Shown here piece by piece: positions 27,105 to 34,841 of a stretch of DNA of 44,993 bases. Numbering within the stretch: the first letter of the stretch is position 1; every line of letters starts with the position of its first letter. Under the pieces are notes generated by a model. That model worked only from the letters and a program-made list of their open reading frames with translations, made no database searches and was not told the DNA's origin. The stretch comes from a virus. Lineage: Duplodnaviria > Caudoviricetes. A program made the translations under genes and the position numbers. The stretch spans positions 1 through 44,993 of IMG/VR virus record IMGVR_UViG_3300010052_000222; one strand, 5' to 3'.

Positions 27105-27760
27105 GCTGCCCTCCTGCTTTGGAGAAATGCACTGGAGGCGATGCTGATGAGAAGATCGCGGAACTCCGGGGGGGTGCCGATGCGAGGGGCGCTGTCCTTG
27201 CCGCCGCCTCTGGCGCCAACTTCGCCCAGCCGCTTCGCGCGCGTCAGGCCCATGCGCTCGATGACAGCAGGGTCCAGACGCGGCTCGCCTATGCCCCAAT
27301 CGAGTTCCGGGAGATCGACACCGAACGCATAGAGTAGCGTCGGCTTGCGCGCGTAGTGGCCGTATCGCCCCTGTTCGACGCAGCAGGTCCATCCACCCGT
27401 CCAGTCGGCCGATATCCAGCCTCCGGTGCGCGGTGGCCAGTTGAGGCCAAAATGCGCCCACGCATGGCTGCCCCATGGATGCTCCAGAATACCTCCCCAT
27501 TTGCGGACGCTGGCCAATGCCGACTTGAAGCAGCCCCCATCATCTCCCTTGACCTTGCGCTCGCCCGTGCGCTTGATGTGCAGCGGTTGGCCGGCCCAGA
27601 GCTTTCCCCAGCGCTGGCACGGAGGATGCGCGACCACCGGATGCGGGCCGGCATATGACCGCGCGTCTCGAGCCACGTCCCAAGTCTCAACACCATGCAG
27701 CCCGAAATACGAGCCGCCGGTCTCGACAAACAATGCTGCTATGGTGCGTGTGTCGTTCAT
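27101..27760 (-). CDS. Minimal C5-cytosine methyltransferase-like protein
   Basis: IAALFVETGG (motif I-like), VAHPPCQ (catalytic PC), LEHP (ENV-like) and RKPT (motif VIII-like). Confidence 0.65.
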   Translation of the reverse strand: MNDTRTIAALFVETGGSYFGLHGVETWDVARDARSYAGPHPVVAHPPCQRWGKLWAGQPLHIKRTGERKVKGDDGGCFKSALASVRKWGGILEHPWGSHAWAHFGLNWPPRTGGWISADWTGGWTCCVEQGRYGHYARKPTLLYAFGVDLPELDWGIGEPRLDPAVIERMGLTRAKRLGEVGARGGGKDSAPRIGTPPEFRDLLISIASSAFLQSRRAA

Positions 27761-27786
27761 CTCGTAGCCTGTTTCGAGATAGGGGG

Positions 27787-28011
27787 TTACCCGGCGTGGC
27801 GGAGACCAGCGGCTTGGCGGAGACGACGAGCGACCTCGCGGGCGCCGTTTGACTGATAGGTTTTGCCGCGATTGAAACCGTAGAACCCGTTCGTCACGCG
27901 GACTGCGGTGCGCCTCGATGCGAACTCGGCACGGAACGAGGTCTTGTTGAGCTTCGCGGCTTTGCGAGCCTCGTTTCGCCGCGCGCTGCGATATGTGGAA
28001 GCGTCTCTCAT
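27787..28011 (-). CDS. Basic hypothetical protein
   Basis: 74 aa; AGGAG RBS. Confidence 0.7.
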   Translation of the reverse strand: MRDASTYRSARRNEARKAAKLNKTSFRAEFASRRTAVRVTNGFYGFNRGKTYQSNGAREVARRLRQAAGLRHAG

Positions 28012-28020
28012 TCCGTTCTC

Positions 28021-28440
28021 CTATTGCGCCGAGCGGCGCGTAACCGTTTCCATTCGTCCAGCCATCGCCAGAGGGCCTTGAGCAGCCGCATCATCTTCCG
28101 CCTTGAGCTTCATCCGTTCGGCGCGCATCGCGTCAGCGGAGCCTTCCACTTGCTCACAAGCCGCCTCGTAGGCCTGATGAGCGATCATCAACGCGCGGTA
28201 GACCGACCCGCGCACGTCGTTCATTTCTCTGATCTTGTATTGGAGCCGGTAGAGATAGCTCTCCGGCACCCCAACCCTCTTTGCGAGCCGGTAACGGACA
28301 ACATTCTCTTTGTCCTTCCGGCCTTTCCATTCGGCTTCCATGAGCTTATCAGCCCAGTCCGCCGCCTCATTCAACGCAACGCTGTTCATGCTGTCCTCGG
28401 AAATTCTTTTTCCGGTTTCGGAAACTCTTTTGCCGCACAT
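28021..28440 (-). CDS. HTH regulator (possible CII-like)
   Basis: RLAKRVGVPESYLYRLQY HTH; start at 28440 or 28389. Confidence 0.7.
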   Translation of the reverse strand: MCGKRVSETGKRISEDSMNSVALNEAADWADKLMEAEWKGRKDKENVVRYRLAKRVGVPESYLYRLQYKIREMNDVRGSVYRALMIAHQAYEAACEQVEGSADAMRAERMKLKAEDDAAAQGPLAMAGRMETVTRRSAQ

Positions 28441-28469
28441 TTGGCCGCCCCTGGTTCATGATGCTCTTC

Positions 28470-28688
28470 ATGAACACGCGGCGAACCGACGAAAGGGAAA
28501 CTGAGAGCTATGCAGACGCGGCGCGCAGACTGTTGAAGATGCTGGACGCGCGCAAAGGCCGAACGATTGCAGTCGTTCCGGCAAACTCGGATTGCAGTCC
28601 GAGCCGAATAAGAGATGGAGCGGCGCATGAAGCGCACGGCTCCAAGTTGCCCGAGAGGGAGGTTGGATCTCGGGATTTGAAACGATGA
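28470..28688 (+). CDS. Small ORF antisense to the cro operon
   Basis: Amphipathic ESYADAARRLLKMLDARK helix; fills the only gap in the operon; a competing minus ORF spans 28386-28697. Confidence 0.35.
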   Translation: MNTRRTDERETESYADAARRLLKMLDARKGRTIAVVPANSDCSPSRIRDGAAHEAHGSKLPEREVGSRDLKR

Positions 28689-28693
28689 GGCGG

Positions 28694-28981
28694 TCATTGA
28701 CGGTTTCCCGTCAGCGTTTGAAAGGCCAAGCGCAGGGAAGCGTTCTCTGCCTGCACCGCGCGGAGCTGTGTCGCCAAGCCCTCAGCAGAGGCTTTCACAG
28801 CATCTACCGCGCACGGGAAACAATGATAGGCTCGCTTGTCCATGTCCCAGAAATCGCCATTACAGATCGAGCAGCGGCCCGTGTATTTCCCCGGCGCATA
28901 GCCAGCGAGCGGCCACACCGGCTCCCGATGCGTCTTGGCGTCGAGCCATTCCAGCTTCGAGGGTTGAGATCGCCCGCTCAT
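28694..28981 (-). CDS. Zn-finger hypothetical protein
   Basis: YAPGKY..CSIC...DKRAYHCFPC followed by a coiled coil; ATGA-coupled. Confidence 0.75.
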   Translation of the reverse strand: MSGRSQPSKLEWLDAKTHREPVWPLAGYAPGKYTGRCSICNGDFWDMDKRAYHCFPCAVDAVKASAEGLATQLRAVQAENASLRLAFQTLTGNRQ

Positions 28982-29286
28982 TCGAACGGCCTCCCCGGCA
29001 TCTCGTAGGCCAGTTCCTTGGGAGGATTGACCAGCATGGAAGTGAACATGGAGATGTCCGTGGAACGGGGCTGGACGGGGCGGAAACGATGAGCGTGCCA
29101 CCCTTCGAAGCCATCGCGAGGCCGTTTGCTGTCGATGAGGACGGCGACGTGGCCTTCACACATCCAAACCTGGGTGATGGTGTATATGAAGTTCTCAACC
29201 AGCATGGACGGACCACCATCATCGGCAGGACTCGCGTCCACGCACACCACCTTCATGCCCACATGCCAGCGCGTGTAGTCGCTCAT
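28978..29286 (-). CDS. Hypothetical protein (SH3-like)
   Basis: VGMKVVCVD...YTI...RFRPV pattern common in phage small proteins. Confidence 0.75.
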   Translation of the reverse strand: MSDYTRWHVGMKVVCVDASPADDGGPSMLVENFIYTITQVWMCEGHVAVLIDSKRPRDGFEGWHAHRFRPVQPRSTDISMFTSMLVNPPKELAYEMPGRPFE

Positions 29287-29444
29287 GACAGGCTCCACAG
29301 CACGGCAGCGATGATCACCGCCCAGATAGCCAGAGCCATGAACAGGATCGGCAGCGGTGAATGCGACGCCTCGAAGGTATTGCGTGGGGCGGACGCTTCA
29401 CGAGCAGAGTTGATTGTCTCTTGAGGGATGAGGATGAGGGACAT
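29283..29444 (-). CDS. Small membrane protein
   Basis: C-terminal TM ILFMALAIWAVIIAAVLW; coupled at both ends. Confidence 0.65.
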   Translation of the reverse strand: MSLILIPQETINSAREASAPRNTFEASHSPLPILFMALAIWAVIIAAVLWSLS

Positions 29445-29695
29445 CAGGCGGCTCCAACAGGAGGCTTGGGCATCGGTTGCCAATGCGTAGGCTCGTCGCC
29501 TTCGACCTGAGCCCATTGAGAGCGCTCATTCGTGCCGCTGTAATACCAGCGGTTCAGCATCAGGTCGTACCGACCCATGCGGATCCACTTTTTCTCGCTA
29601 TGGCCACAGAACACATGCGGCGCATATGGACCCTTCACGGCTTCAGCCTGATACGTCTCAATCGGCAGCCATCCATTGGTGTCGGGAGCGCTCAT
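29444..29695 (-). CDS. DUF551-like protein
   Basis: WLPIET...PTHWQPMPKPP motifs. Confidence 0.8.
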   Translation of the reverse strand: MSAPDTNGWLPIETYQAEAVKGPYAPHVFCGHSEKKWIRMGRYDLMLNRWYYSGTNERSQWAQVEGDEPTHWQPMPKPPVGAA

Positions 29696-30450
29696 GCCGC
29701 CACCCCGCTTTCAGCCATAGCTTTTACGCAGGAGTGACAATGCCGGACGCCCTGCCCGCCGCAGTTCTCACCGGGCCTCAAGCAATGCGGACGAGGCGCC
29801 GGCTTCTTGATCAGGAAGGTCGGGACGTAATCGGGAATGACGACCGGAGAGGAAGCGTGAGGGGTTGTTGCCTCCCCTCCGGTCTGGCCCGCCGCATCGG
29901 GGAGGAGTGCGCTCGCGGGATGGGAATTGGTGCACGGTGCGAGGCTCCCTGCCGTGCCGGGTATTTGACCGCCCTCGCTGCTAGGATTGGGAACATTGCA
30001 GTCCTTTTCCCCATCCTTGACCTTCTCGGGTGTCGCGGTTGCAGGAGGCGTTTCCACGCCAGCCTCCTGCCCCATGCTTCCGTCTTGGCTCGTGGTGTCC
30101 TCAACGGCCCCTGTGCTGCGGCCAGAATCCTGCTCCTCCGTCAGTTCGCCGGTAACGGCGTCGTGCGGGGGAAATGTCTCATGCGGGTGCGTAGCAACCG
30201 CCGTGCCAGATGCCCGCTCATAGGCCGAGAGGTAGAGATCGAAGATCGTCTCGCCTTCCTCGATAGCGGCGATGCCAACCTTTTCGACCTTGCGCAGATG
30301 GGCGACGACTTGGCCCATGGCCGTCTTGTCGTAGCCAAGCACTTTGCCTTCAGCGTAAACCTCGCGGATGTCAGCGGCCAGCGTATCCTGCTCTTCCTTG
30401 AGGCCCAGAATACGGTCGATGAGCTGGCGGAATTGTGCGTCGGCGCTCAT
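29692..30450 (-). CDS. GapR/DUF2312-domain protein with disordered linker and C-terminal Cys4 motif
   Basis: FRQLIDRILGLKEEQDTLAADIREVYAEGKVLGYDK; C-terminal HCLRPGENCGG...HCHSC. Confidence 0.85.
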   Translation of the reverse strand: MSADAQFRQLIDRILGLKEEQDTLAADIREVYAEGKVLGYDKTAMGQVVAHLRKVEKVGIAAIEEGETIFDLYLSAYERASGTAVATHPHETFPPHDAVTGELTEEQDSGRSTGAVEDTTSQDGSMGQEAGVETPPATATPEKVKDGEKDCNVPNPSSEGGQIPGTAGSLAPCTNSHPASALLPDAAGQTGGEATTPHASSPVVIPDYVPTFLIKKPAPRPHCLRPGENCGGQGVRHCHSCVKAMAESGVAA

Positions 30451-30653
30451 GCTGCATGCTCCGACACTGGAGCGGCGCGGCGCGAAGCTATGAAGTCGCG
30501 AACCTGCTGCTCCGTCTCCGGCCAGATGCGCCCTCCTGCGCGAAGGCGCTCAACCAGTCGGCCATTGTTGGCCGAGAGGATGCCGAACCGGTGCTCACCG
30601 ATGCTTTCGGCGGCGAGGAACCTGTCGATTTCTGAGAGAAGGTCTGCGCTCAT
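30447..30653 (-). CDS. cro: Cro-like HTH protein
   Basis: 68 aa, divergent from the repressor; EIDRFL...FG...LVERLRAG...PET pattern. Confidence 0.8.
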   Translation of the reverse strand: MSADLLSEIDRFLAAESIGEHRFGILSANNGRLVERLRAGGRIWPETEQQVRDFIASRRAAPVSEHAA

Positions 30654-30661
30654 GGGTCCGC

Positions 30662-30689
30662 AATATACACGCTATCGCGTGCATTGCAA
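30662..30689 (-). promoter_or_regulatory. Lytic promoter of cro (TTGCAA-N16-TATATT)
   Basis: The -10 element ends 8 nt before the cro ATG; overlapped by an operator. Confidence 0.7.
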
Positions 30690-30708
30690 TACCCGCCAAA
30701 GCGTGCAT
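30665..30708. promoter_or_regulatory. Operator pair between cro and repressor
   Basis: ATACACGC-TATC-GCGTGCAT (30665-30684) and ATACCCGC-CAAA-GCGTGCAT (30689-30708). Confidence 0.85.
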
Positions 30709-30742
30709 CTGAATTTTCACGTTTTGGGGTAGTTTGCCCCCC

Positions 30743-31135
30743 ATGAGCGAAGACTGGAAAACGCGGCTTTTGAAGGCCATTGACGAGGACGATCGCAGCG
30801 ATCGAGCAATCAGCCTGGCCGCGAATCTGGGTCCAAATTTCATCAGCCAAATGCGTGGGACAAACTCTGCTTCGGCAAAGAAACCCAATATCGCCTACGT
30901 CCAGCGGATCGCTGATGTGCTCGGAAAGGATCTGACGTCGATCCTAGGCAATGACAGCGCGGAATTGCGATCCGCCCTCTTGGCTTATGGTGTGCCGGTC
31001 AAACACATCGATCGCATCATCACCATGATCGATGGCTTCGTTGGGGCGCTCAGCGAGGAACTATCAGAACAATACGAGCGTCGTGATCAATCTGAACCCG
31101 CCAGTCGCCCCCGTGCAAAAGTGCCATCGCGATAG
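30743..31135 (+). CDS. cI: CI-like XRE repressor lacking an S24 autoprotease domain
   Basis: HTH DRAISLAANLGPNFISQM...PNIAYVQRIADVLG; only 130 aa; divergent from cro and flanked by operators. Confidence 0.8.
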   Translation: MSEDWKTRLLKAIDEDDRSDRAISLAANLGPNFISQMRGTNSASAKKPNIAYVQRIADVLGKDLTSILGNDSAELRSALLAYGVPVKHIDRIITMIDGFVGALSEELSEQYERRDQSEPASRPRAKVPSR

Positions 31136-31271
31136 ATATCTCTGCGGCCTTTCGCTTTATGGCCGTGAGCGGGTCGATCGGTGGACCGGCGCCAGCCGCC
31201 TCCCTTAGGTCGGCGATAATCTGATGGTTCCTGGACTCGTAGCGCGGCTTTATCCGATGAGAAATGGCCAT
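31050..31271 (-). CDS. 73-aa SOS-box-preceded protein, candidate antirepressor
   Basis: Strong GGGAGG RBS; convergent with cI and overlapping it by 86 bp; LexA box upstream. Confidence 0.7.
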   Translation of the reverse strand: MAISHRIKPRYESRNHQIIADLREAAGAGPPIDPLTAIKRKAAEISIAMALLHGGDWRVQIDHDARIVLIVPR

Positions 31272-31325
31272 GCGCCCCTCCCTGAGCGAAAGGCCATAGG
31301 AACCAATTCCTGCGGAGAGAGTCAA

Positions 31326-31340
31326 GAACGATTCGAGAAC
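31326..31340 (-). promoter_or_regulatory. Alphaproteobacterial LexA (SOS) box GAAC-N7-GAAC
   Basis: GAACGATTCGAGAAC, directly abutting a TTGACT -35-like hexamer (31325-31320) that faces the 73-aa gene. Confidence 0.8.
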
Positions 31341-31477
31341 AAATCTGCGCGCCCCAGCAGTCCGACGCCGCGCCGCTGAACGCTAGCCTCACCACCTCCC
31401 GCTCCCGTTTCACCTAGCCGAGTCCGTTGTCGCATCCACGGCGGGGCTTCGCGTTGCGGACATCCGCGTCAAGAAAA

Positions 31478-31530
31478 ATGCACGCTATCGCGTTTATCAC
31501 TCTTGTCATGCACGCCAAAGCGTGTATATT
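31478..31530 (+). promoter_or_regulatory. Operator pair and early promoter (TTGTCA-N16-TATATT) of the plus-strand operon
   Basis: ATGCACGC-TATC-GCGTTTAT (31478-31497) and ATGCACGC-CAAA-GCGTGTAT (31508-31527). Confidence 0.85.
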
Positions 31531-31599
31531 CGCTCTCATCACCACCACACATCAGCCCCGCGCCGATCTGGTGGGACCGACAAGCGAATGGAGGCCGAC

Positions 31600-32001
31600 A
31601 TGGGAACGAGGGCAGATTTCTACATTGGTCGCGGCGAGACCGCTGAATGGCTCGGCAGTATCGGTTGGGATGGATACCCCGACGGCATAGACGCTGAAGT
31701 TCTGACAGCCTCATCCGAAGATGGCTTCCGCGCTGCCGTGTCCAAGTTTATCGCCGAGCGCAACGATACCACTTTGCCTTCAAATGGCTGGCCTTGGCCG
31801 TGGAAAGACAGCGGGACCACCGATTACACCTATGCGTTCGACGGGAAAGTCTTCGCGTCCAGTTTTGGTTACGAATGGTTTGACCCGACGCAGCCTGAGC
31901 CTGAGAGCAACGGGCCGAAAGTCGCAATCTTCCCGGACATGAGCGGTAGGTCGAACTTCACGCTTGGTCCCCGCAGCGGCGTGATTGTCGTCGCAGCCTG
32001 A
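31600..32001 (+). CDS. Phage protein with MGTR...WDGYP motif
   Basis: GGAGG RBS; first gene after the early promoter. Confidence 0.8.
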   Translation: MGTRADFYIGRGETAEWLGSIGWDGYPDGIDAEVLTASSEDGFRAAVSKFIAERNDTTLPSNGWPWPWKDSGTTDYTYAFDGKVFASSFGYEWFDPTQPEPESNGPKVAIFPDMSGRSNFTLGPRSGVIVVAA

Positions 32002-32031
32002 CCCTCCCACACCAACCCTCCCGGCACGAAG

Positions 32032-32226
32032 ATGGGAATGACGATGAACGCCAACGCTATGGTCGCCGCAGCGCACGATGAAGTGAAAGAGGTGCTCCGC
32101 ATCCTTGGCCACGCCGCAGCTGGCGGCGCGCGATCGAAGCCCACCATCGCTCAACTCAACGAGATCGTGAGCCGACTGGAGAATGCCGATGCATTCCTCA
32201 GAACCGCCCGTCCCGCTACCGCCTGA
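32032..32226 (+). CDS. Hypothetical protein
   Basis: Short helical ORF; start uncertain. Confidence 0.6.
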   Translation: MGMTMNANAMVAAAHDEVKEVLRILGHAAAGGARSKPTIAQLNEIVSRLENADAFLRTARPATA

Positions 32227-32252
32227 CCCCCTCCTATCAGGAGCTTCCTCCT

Positions 32253-32519
32253 ATGACACAGAATACGAAGACGCTCACGAGCCAAGACCGCGCAGTGCTT
32301 GAGGCGCTGAGCAAGTATCCGGATGGTGCGCGGTCCTATGCGGTCGCTCAGAAGGCTGGCATCAGAACATCGTCGCCTCGCGAGACTGCCGGTCGGCACC
32401 TCATCAAGATCACGAAGCTTGGTTTGGCCGACAGCATCGGAACACGGATGTTCCCCGTCTGGCGCATCACCGAAGCTGGTCGCACAGCCCTCGCTCAGGT
32501 GGAGGGCGAGACCCGATGA
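32253..32519 (+). CDS. Winged-helix DNA-binding protein
   Basis: AGGAG RBS; VLEALS...HLIKITKLGLA...WRITEAGR wHTH pattern. Confidence 0.75.
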   Translation: MTQNTKTLTSQDRAVLEALSKYPDGARSYAVAQKAGIRTSSPRETAGRHLIKITKLGLADSIGTRMFPVWRITEAGRTALAQVEGETR

Positions 32520-32839
32520 ACGCGCTACAGACGAAGACGGGCGGTGGGGTGATGGACGCGGCAAAGAAGCTGGCAAAGGGGATTGCCTCCAATCATCTCC
32601 CTGACCCGACAGCGCGCGACTGGCATGCCCAGCGCAACGAGGCGGAGCCTAGATGTGCTGCCGATCAGTGGCGGCAACGCGATAGGAGCACGATTCTGTT
32701 CATCAGCGAGATGAGCGACCGACACATCAGCCATTGCGTCAGATTTGCCAGCACGAAGCCACAGCATCAATCGCGGCTGTCCGCGCTCCTATCTGAGCAG
32801 GCCGCCCGCCTCGCCTCGCAGACGGGATCGCGGACATGA
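32516..32839 (+). CDS. Hypothetical protein
   Basis: Coupled ORF with an ISEMSDRHISHC motif. Confidence 0.7.
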   Translation: MNALQTKTGGGVMDAAKKLAKGIASNHLPDPTARDWHAQRNEAEPRCAADQWRQRDRSTILFISEMSDRHISHCVRFASTKPQHQSRLSALLSEQAARLASQTGSRT

Positions 32840-33231
32840 ACGCCCGCCCGAACGATCCATGGAACCCGTCCGCCCTTGTGCAGGCTCCCCGGCCAGTGAA
32901 GCCAGACCCTTGGATGCCGGTGCGTTCATTCGACGCCTGCCTCGCTGACCAGTGGCGCTATTCCTCGATCGAAGTTCGCGAGTGCCTGATGTTCATCAAG
33001 CAGCATCGTCATACCATCGACAACCGCAACAAGCGCATCTCGACCGGCCAGCGGGTCAACCGCCCAGCCTACGTCGCGTTCGCCCGCAAGATGCTGGCGC
33101 AGCGGCTGCGGATGTATCTCGACGCGGTGCGCCGGGTCTCGGAAGCCGAGGCAGAAATGCTGCGGATCGGCATGCGGTTCGCGATGTCTTCGGATGCTTG
33201 GCCGGTCGAGCAGATGTTGGAGGCTGCGTGA
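32836..33231 (+). CDS. Hypothetical protein
   Basis: ATGA/TGATG coupling at both ends. Confidence 0.7.
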   Translation: MNARPNDPWNPSALVQAPRPVKPDPWMPVRSFDACLADQWRYSSIEVRECLMFIKQHRHTIDNRNKRISTGQRVNRPAYVAFARKMLAQRLRMYLDAVRRVSEAEAEMLRIGMRFAMSSDAWPVEQMLEAA

Positions 33232-33500
33232 TGTCTAGGGACTATGACGGCGAGGTTTCTCGCATCCCGCACGCGCTTAAGGTGATCGCCTATAACGATC
33301 ACTTCGGTTGCCATGTCTGCGAGTTTGACGGACCCGGCAGGCGGACTGCACTCGTCGATCTTTTCGTCAATGGAGACTTTCCCGAGGATGTCTCGCCTGC
33401 TTCGCTGATCGGGAAGACGGTGAGCGTTGCGTATGCGCACGGCTTCATCTGGATCGGCTCCGATGTGCGCATCGTCCCTGAAAACGCAGAGGCTGCGTAG
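33231..33500 (+). CDS. Hypothetical protein
   Basis: MSRDYDGEV start with GGAGG RBS and TGATG overlap. Confidence 0.7.
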   Translation: MSRDYDGEVSRIPHALKVIAYNDHFGCHVCEFDGPGRRTALVDLFVNGDFPEDVSPASLIGKTVSVAYAHGFIWIGSDVRIVPENAEAA

Positions 33501-33749
33501 ATGGACGCGCGCACCCGCCACGAGGCCTCAATCAAGCGCTCCGACGCCGGCCATGGTCGCGACCTCGAGGAGGCAATTGCCACCCTCGCGTTTCGCAATG
33601 GCCTGTCCTGGTTCACTGACGACCAGATTGCCGACATCCGCGAACTGATGGTCCGCCGCGACTGGCGGTCGAACCGCAGCGCGATGGCCAGCCGCAAGCA
33701 CCATGCCGCGCTCATCGCGAGCCGGCAGCCGAAGAAGGAACTCGCGTGA
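33501..33749 (+). CDS. Hypothetical protein
   Basis: 82 aa, abutting both neighbours. Confidence 0.7.
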   Translation: MDARTRHEASIKRSDAGHGRDLEEAIATLAFRNGLSWFTDDQIADIRELMVRRDWRSNRSAMASRKHHAALIASRQPKKELA

Positions 33750-34537
33750 TGTTTCTCAGTCGATATCAAGATAGGCCGTCGACGCTGAAAGCCGACCACG
33801 AGATCGTCACCAACATGGTCATCGATCTTGAGGGCCAGAAGATCGAGCAGCCCCGCAAAGGCACCGTCCATTCTCTGAATGAGTTTCAGATAACGGTATG
33901 GGAGGACGGCGAGGTCACGGCGCAGCGCAAGTATTACGCCAAGAGCGACCCGCAGAGCACGTTCCCGAACATGAGCGTCGAAAGCGGTTCGATCAACCTA
34001 CCGATCGAAGACCTTGTTGCGTTCCTGCTATCTCGCATCACGCCGACGGAACTGGCTGAGGGCATCATAAGCGACGGCGAGGCGCGCGCCGCTCTTCTGG
34101 ATAAGCTGGCCGAACGATACAACGAGCCGGGGTTCACAGACCAGGACCGTCGCGCCTTCCTGACTAAGGTTCAGAAGGAAGTCTACGCTGTCGCCATCGG
34201 CAGGGCCATCGAGCGGCTGAACAAGGCAGAAGAAGGCCACCGGTCCCGCGACGACTACTATCGGTGGAGGGCAATCGAAATCGGTTGCTACAAGAACCTT
34301 CACGAAACTGCCGTTGCCATGATTGGCGACGACATGGAGCGGCTGGTCCGTTTCAATCAATGCCATTTCACGCCGGAGAAGTTGAAGGCGATGATCGGCG
34401 ACCAGCGCGACCCGGTCATGACCGAGAACGTCGGCCCGCAGTGGCATGAGAGCCGCGACCACTGGCGAAAGGTTCTCACGGAATATTTCCCGGAACCCAC
34501 CATCGAAGCGACGCCTCAAACTGAGGATACGCTCTGA
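33749..34537 (+). CDS. Hypothetical protein
   Basis: 262 aa, coupled, typical codon usage. Confidence 0.8.
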   Translation: MFLSRYQDRPSTLKADHEIVTNMVIDLEGQKIEQPRKGTVHSLNEFQITVWEDGEVTAQRKYYAKSDPQSTFPNMSVESGSINLPIEDLVAFLLSRITPTELAEGIISDGEARAALLDKLAERYNEPGFTDQDRRAFLTKVQKEVYAVAIGRAIERLNKAEEGHRSRDDYYRWRAIEIGCYKNLHETAVAMIGDDMERLVRFNQCHFTPEKLKAMIGDQRDPVMTENVGPQWHESRDHWRKVLTEYFPEPTIEATPQTEDTL

Positions 34538-34662
34538 TGAGCCGCGCCGACGAACTCCTTCACGACGCTTGCGAATGGCTGGCACAAAACCCTTGGACGA
34601 CATGCGCCCTGCTTTGCGCTGCCTTTATCGCAGCCTCTCTCTATGCTGGAGGCCCGCTTTGA
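34537..34662 (+). CDS. 41-aa membrane peptide missing from the ORF track
   Basis: MSRADELLHDACEWLAQNPWTTCALLCAAFIAASLYAGGPL; GAGGA RBS, TGATG start and TTGA overlap with the next gene. Confidence 0.65.
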   Translation: MSRADELLHDACEWLAQNPWTTCALLCAAFIAASLYAGGPL

Positions 34663-34841
34663 CCGTCCTCACCAAGCATGACGAAGCCTCTGCTGTCCTG
34701 GTGCATCGAGAACTCTGGCAGCCAGATCGCGCGGAACAGATGGCCGCGATTGAGACCCTGCTTGCGTCAAGCATTCCGCCCGAACTCCGAAGCGCGCTGC
34801 GTGAGCGCGAATACCAACTCGCAACGAGGATCGCACAATGA
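34659..34841 (+). CDS. Hypothetical protein (TTG start)
   Basis: GGAGG RBS; stop overlaps the ERF start. Confidence 0.6.
   Translation: MTVLTKHDEASAVLVHRELWQPDRAEQMAAIETLLASSIPPELRSALREREYQLATRIAQ

Noticed and set aside
26583-27500. 305-aa ORF as a single long RusA
   Set aside because: Its 5' part overlaps the methyltransferase-like gene out of frame; the RusA motifs begin at 26939.
29626-30732. 368-aa plus-strand ORF
   Set aside because: Runs antisense across the GapR-like gene, cro and the operators; no motifs.
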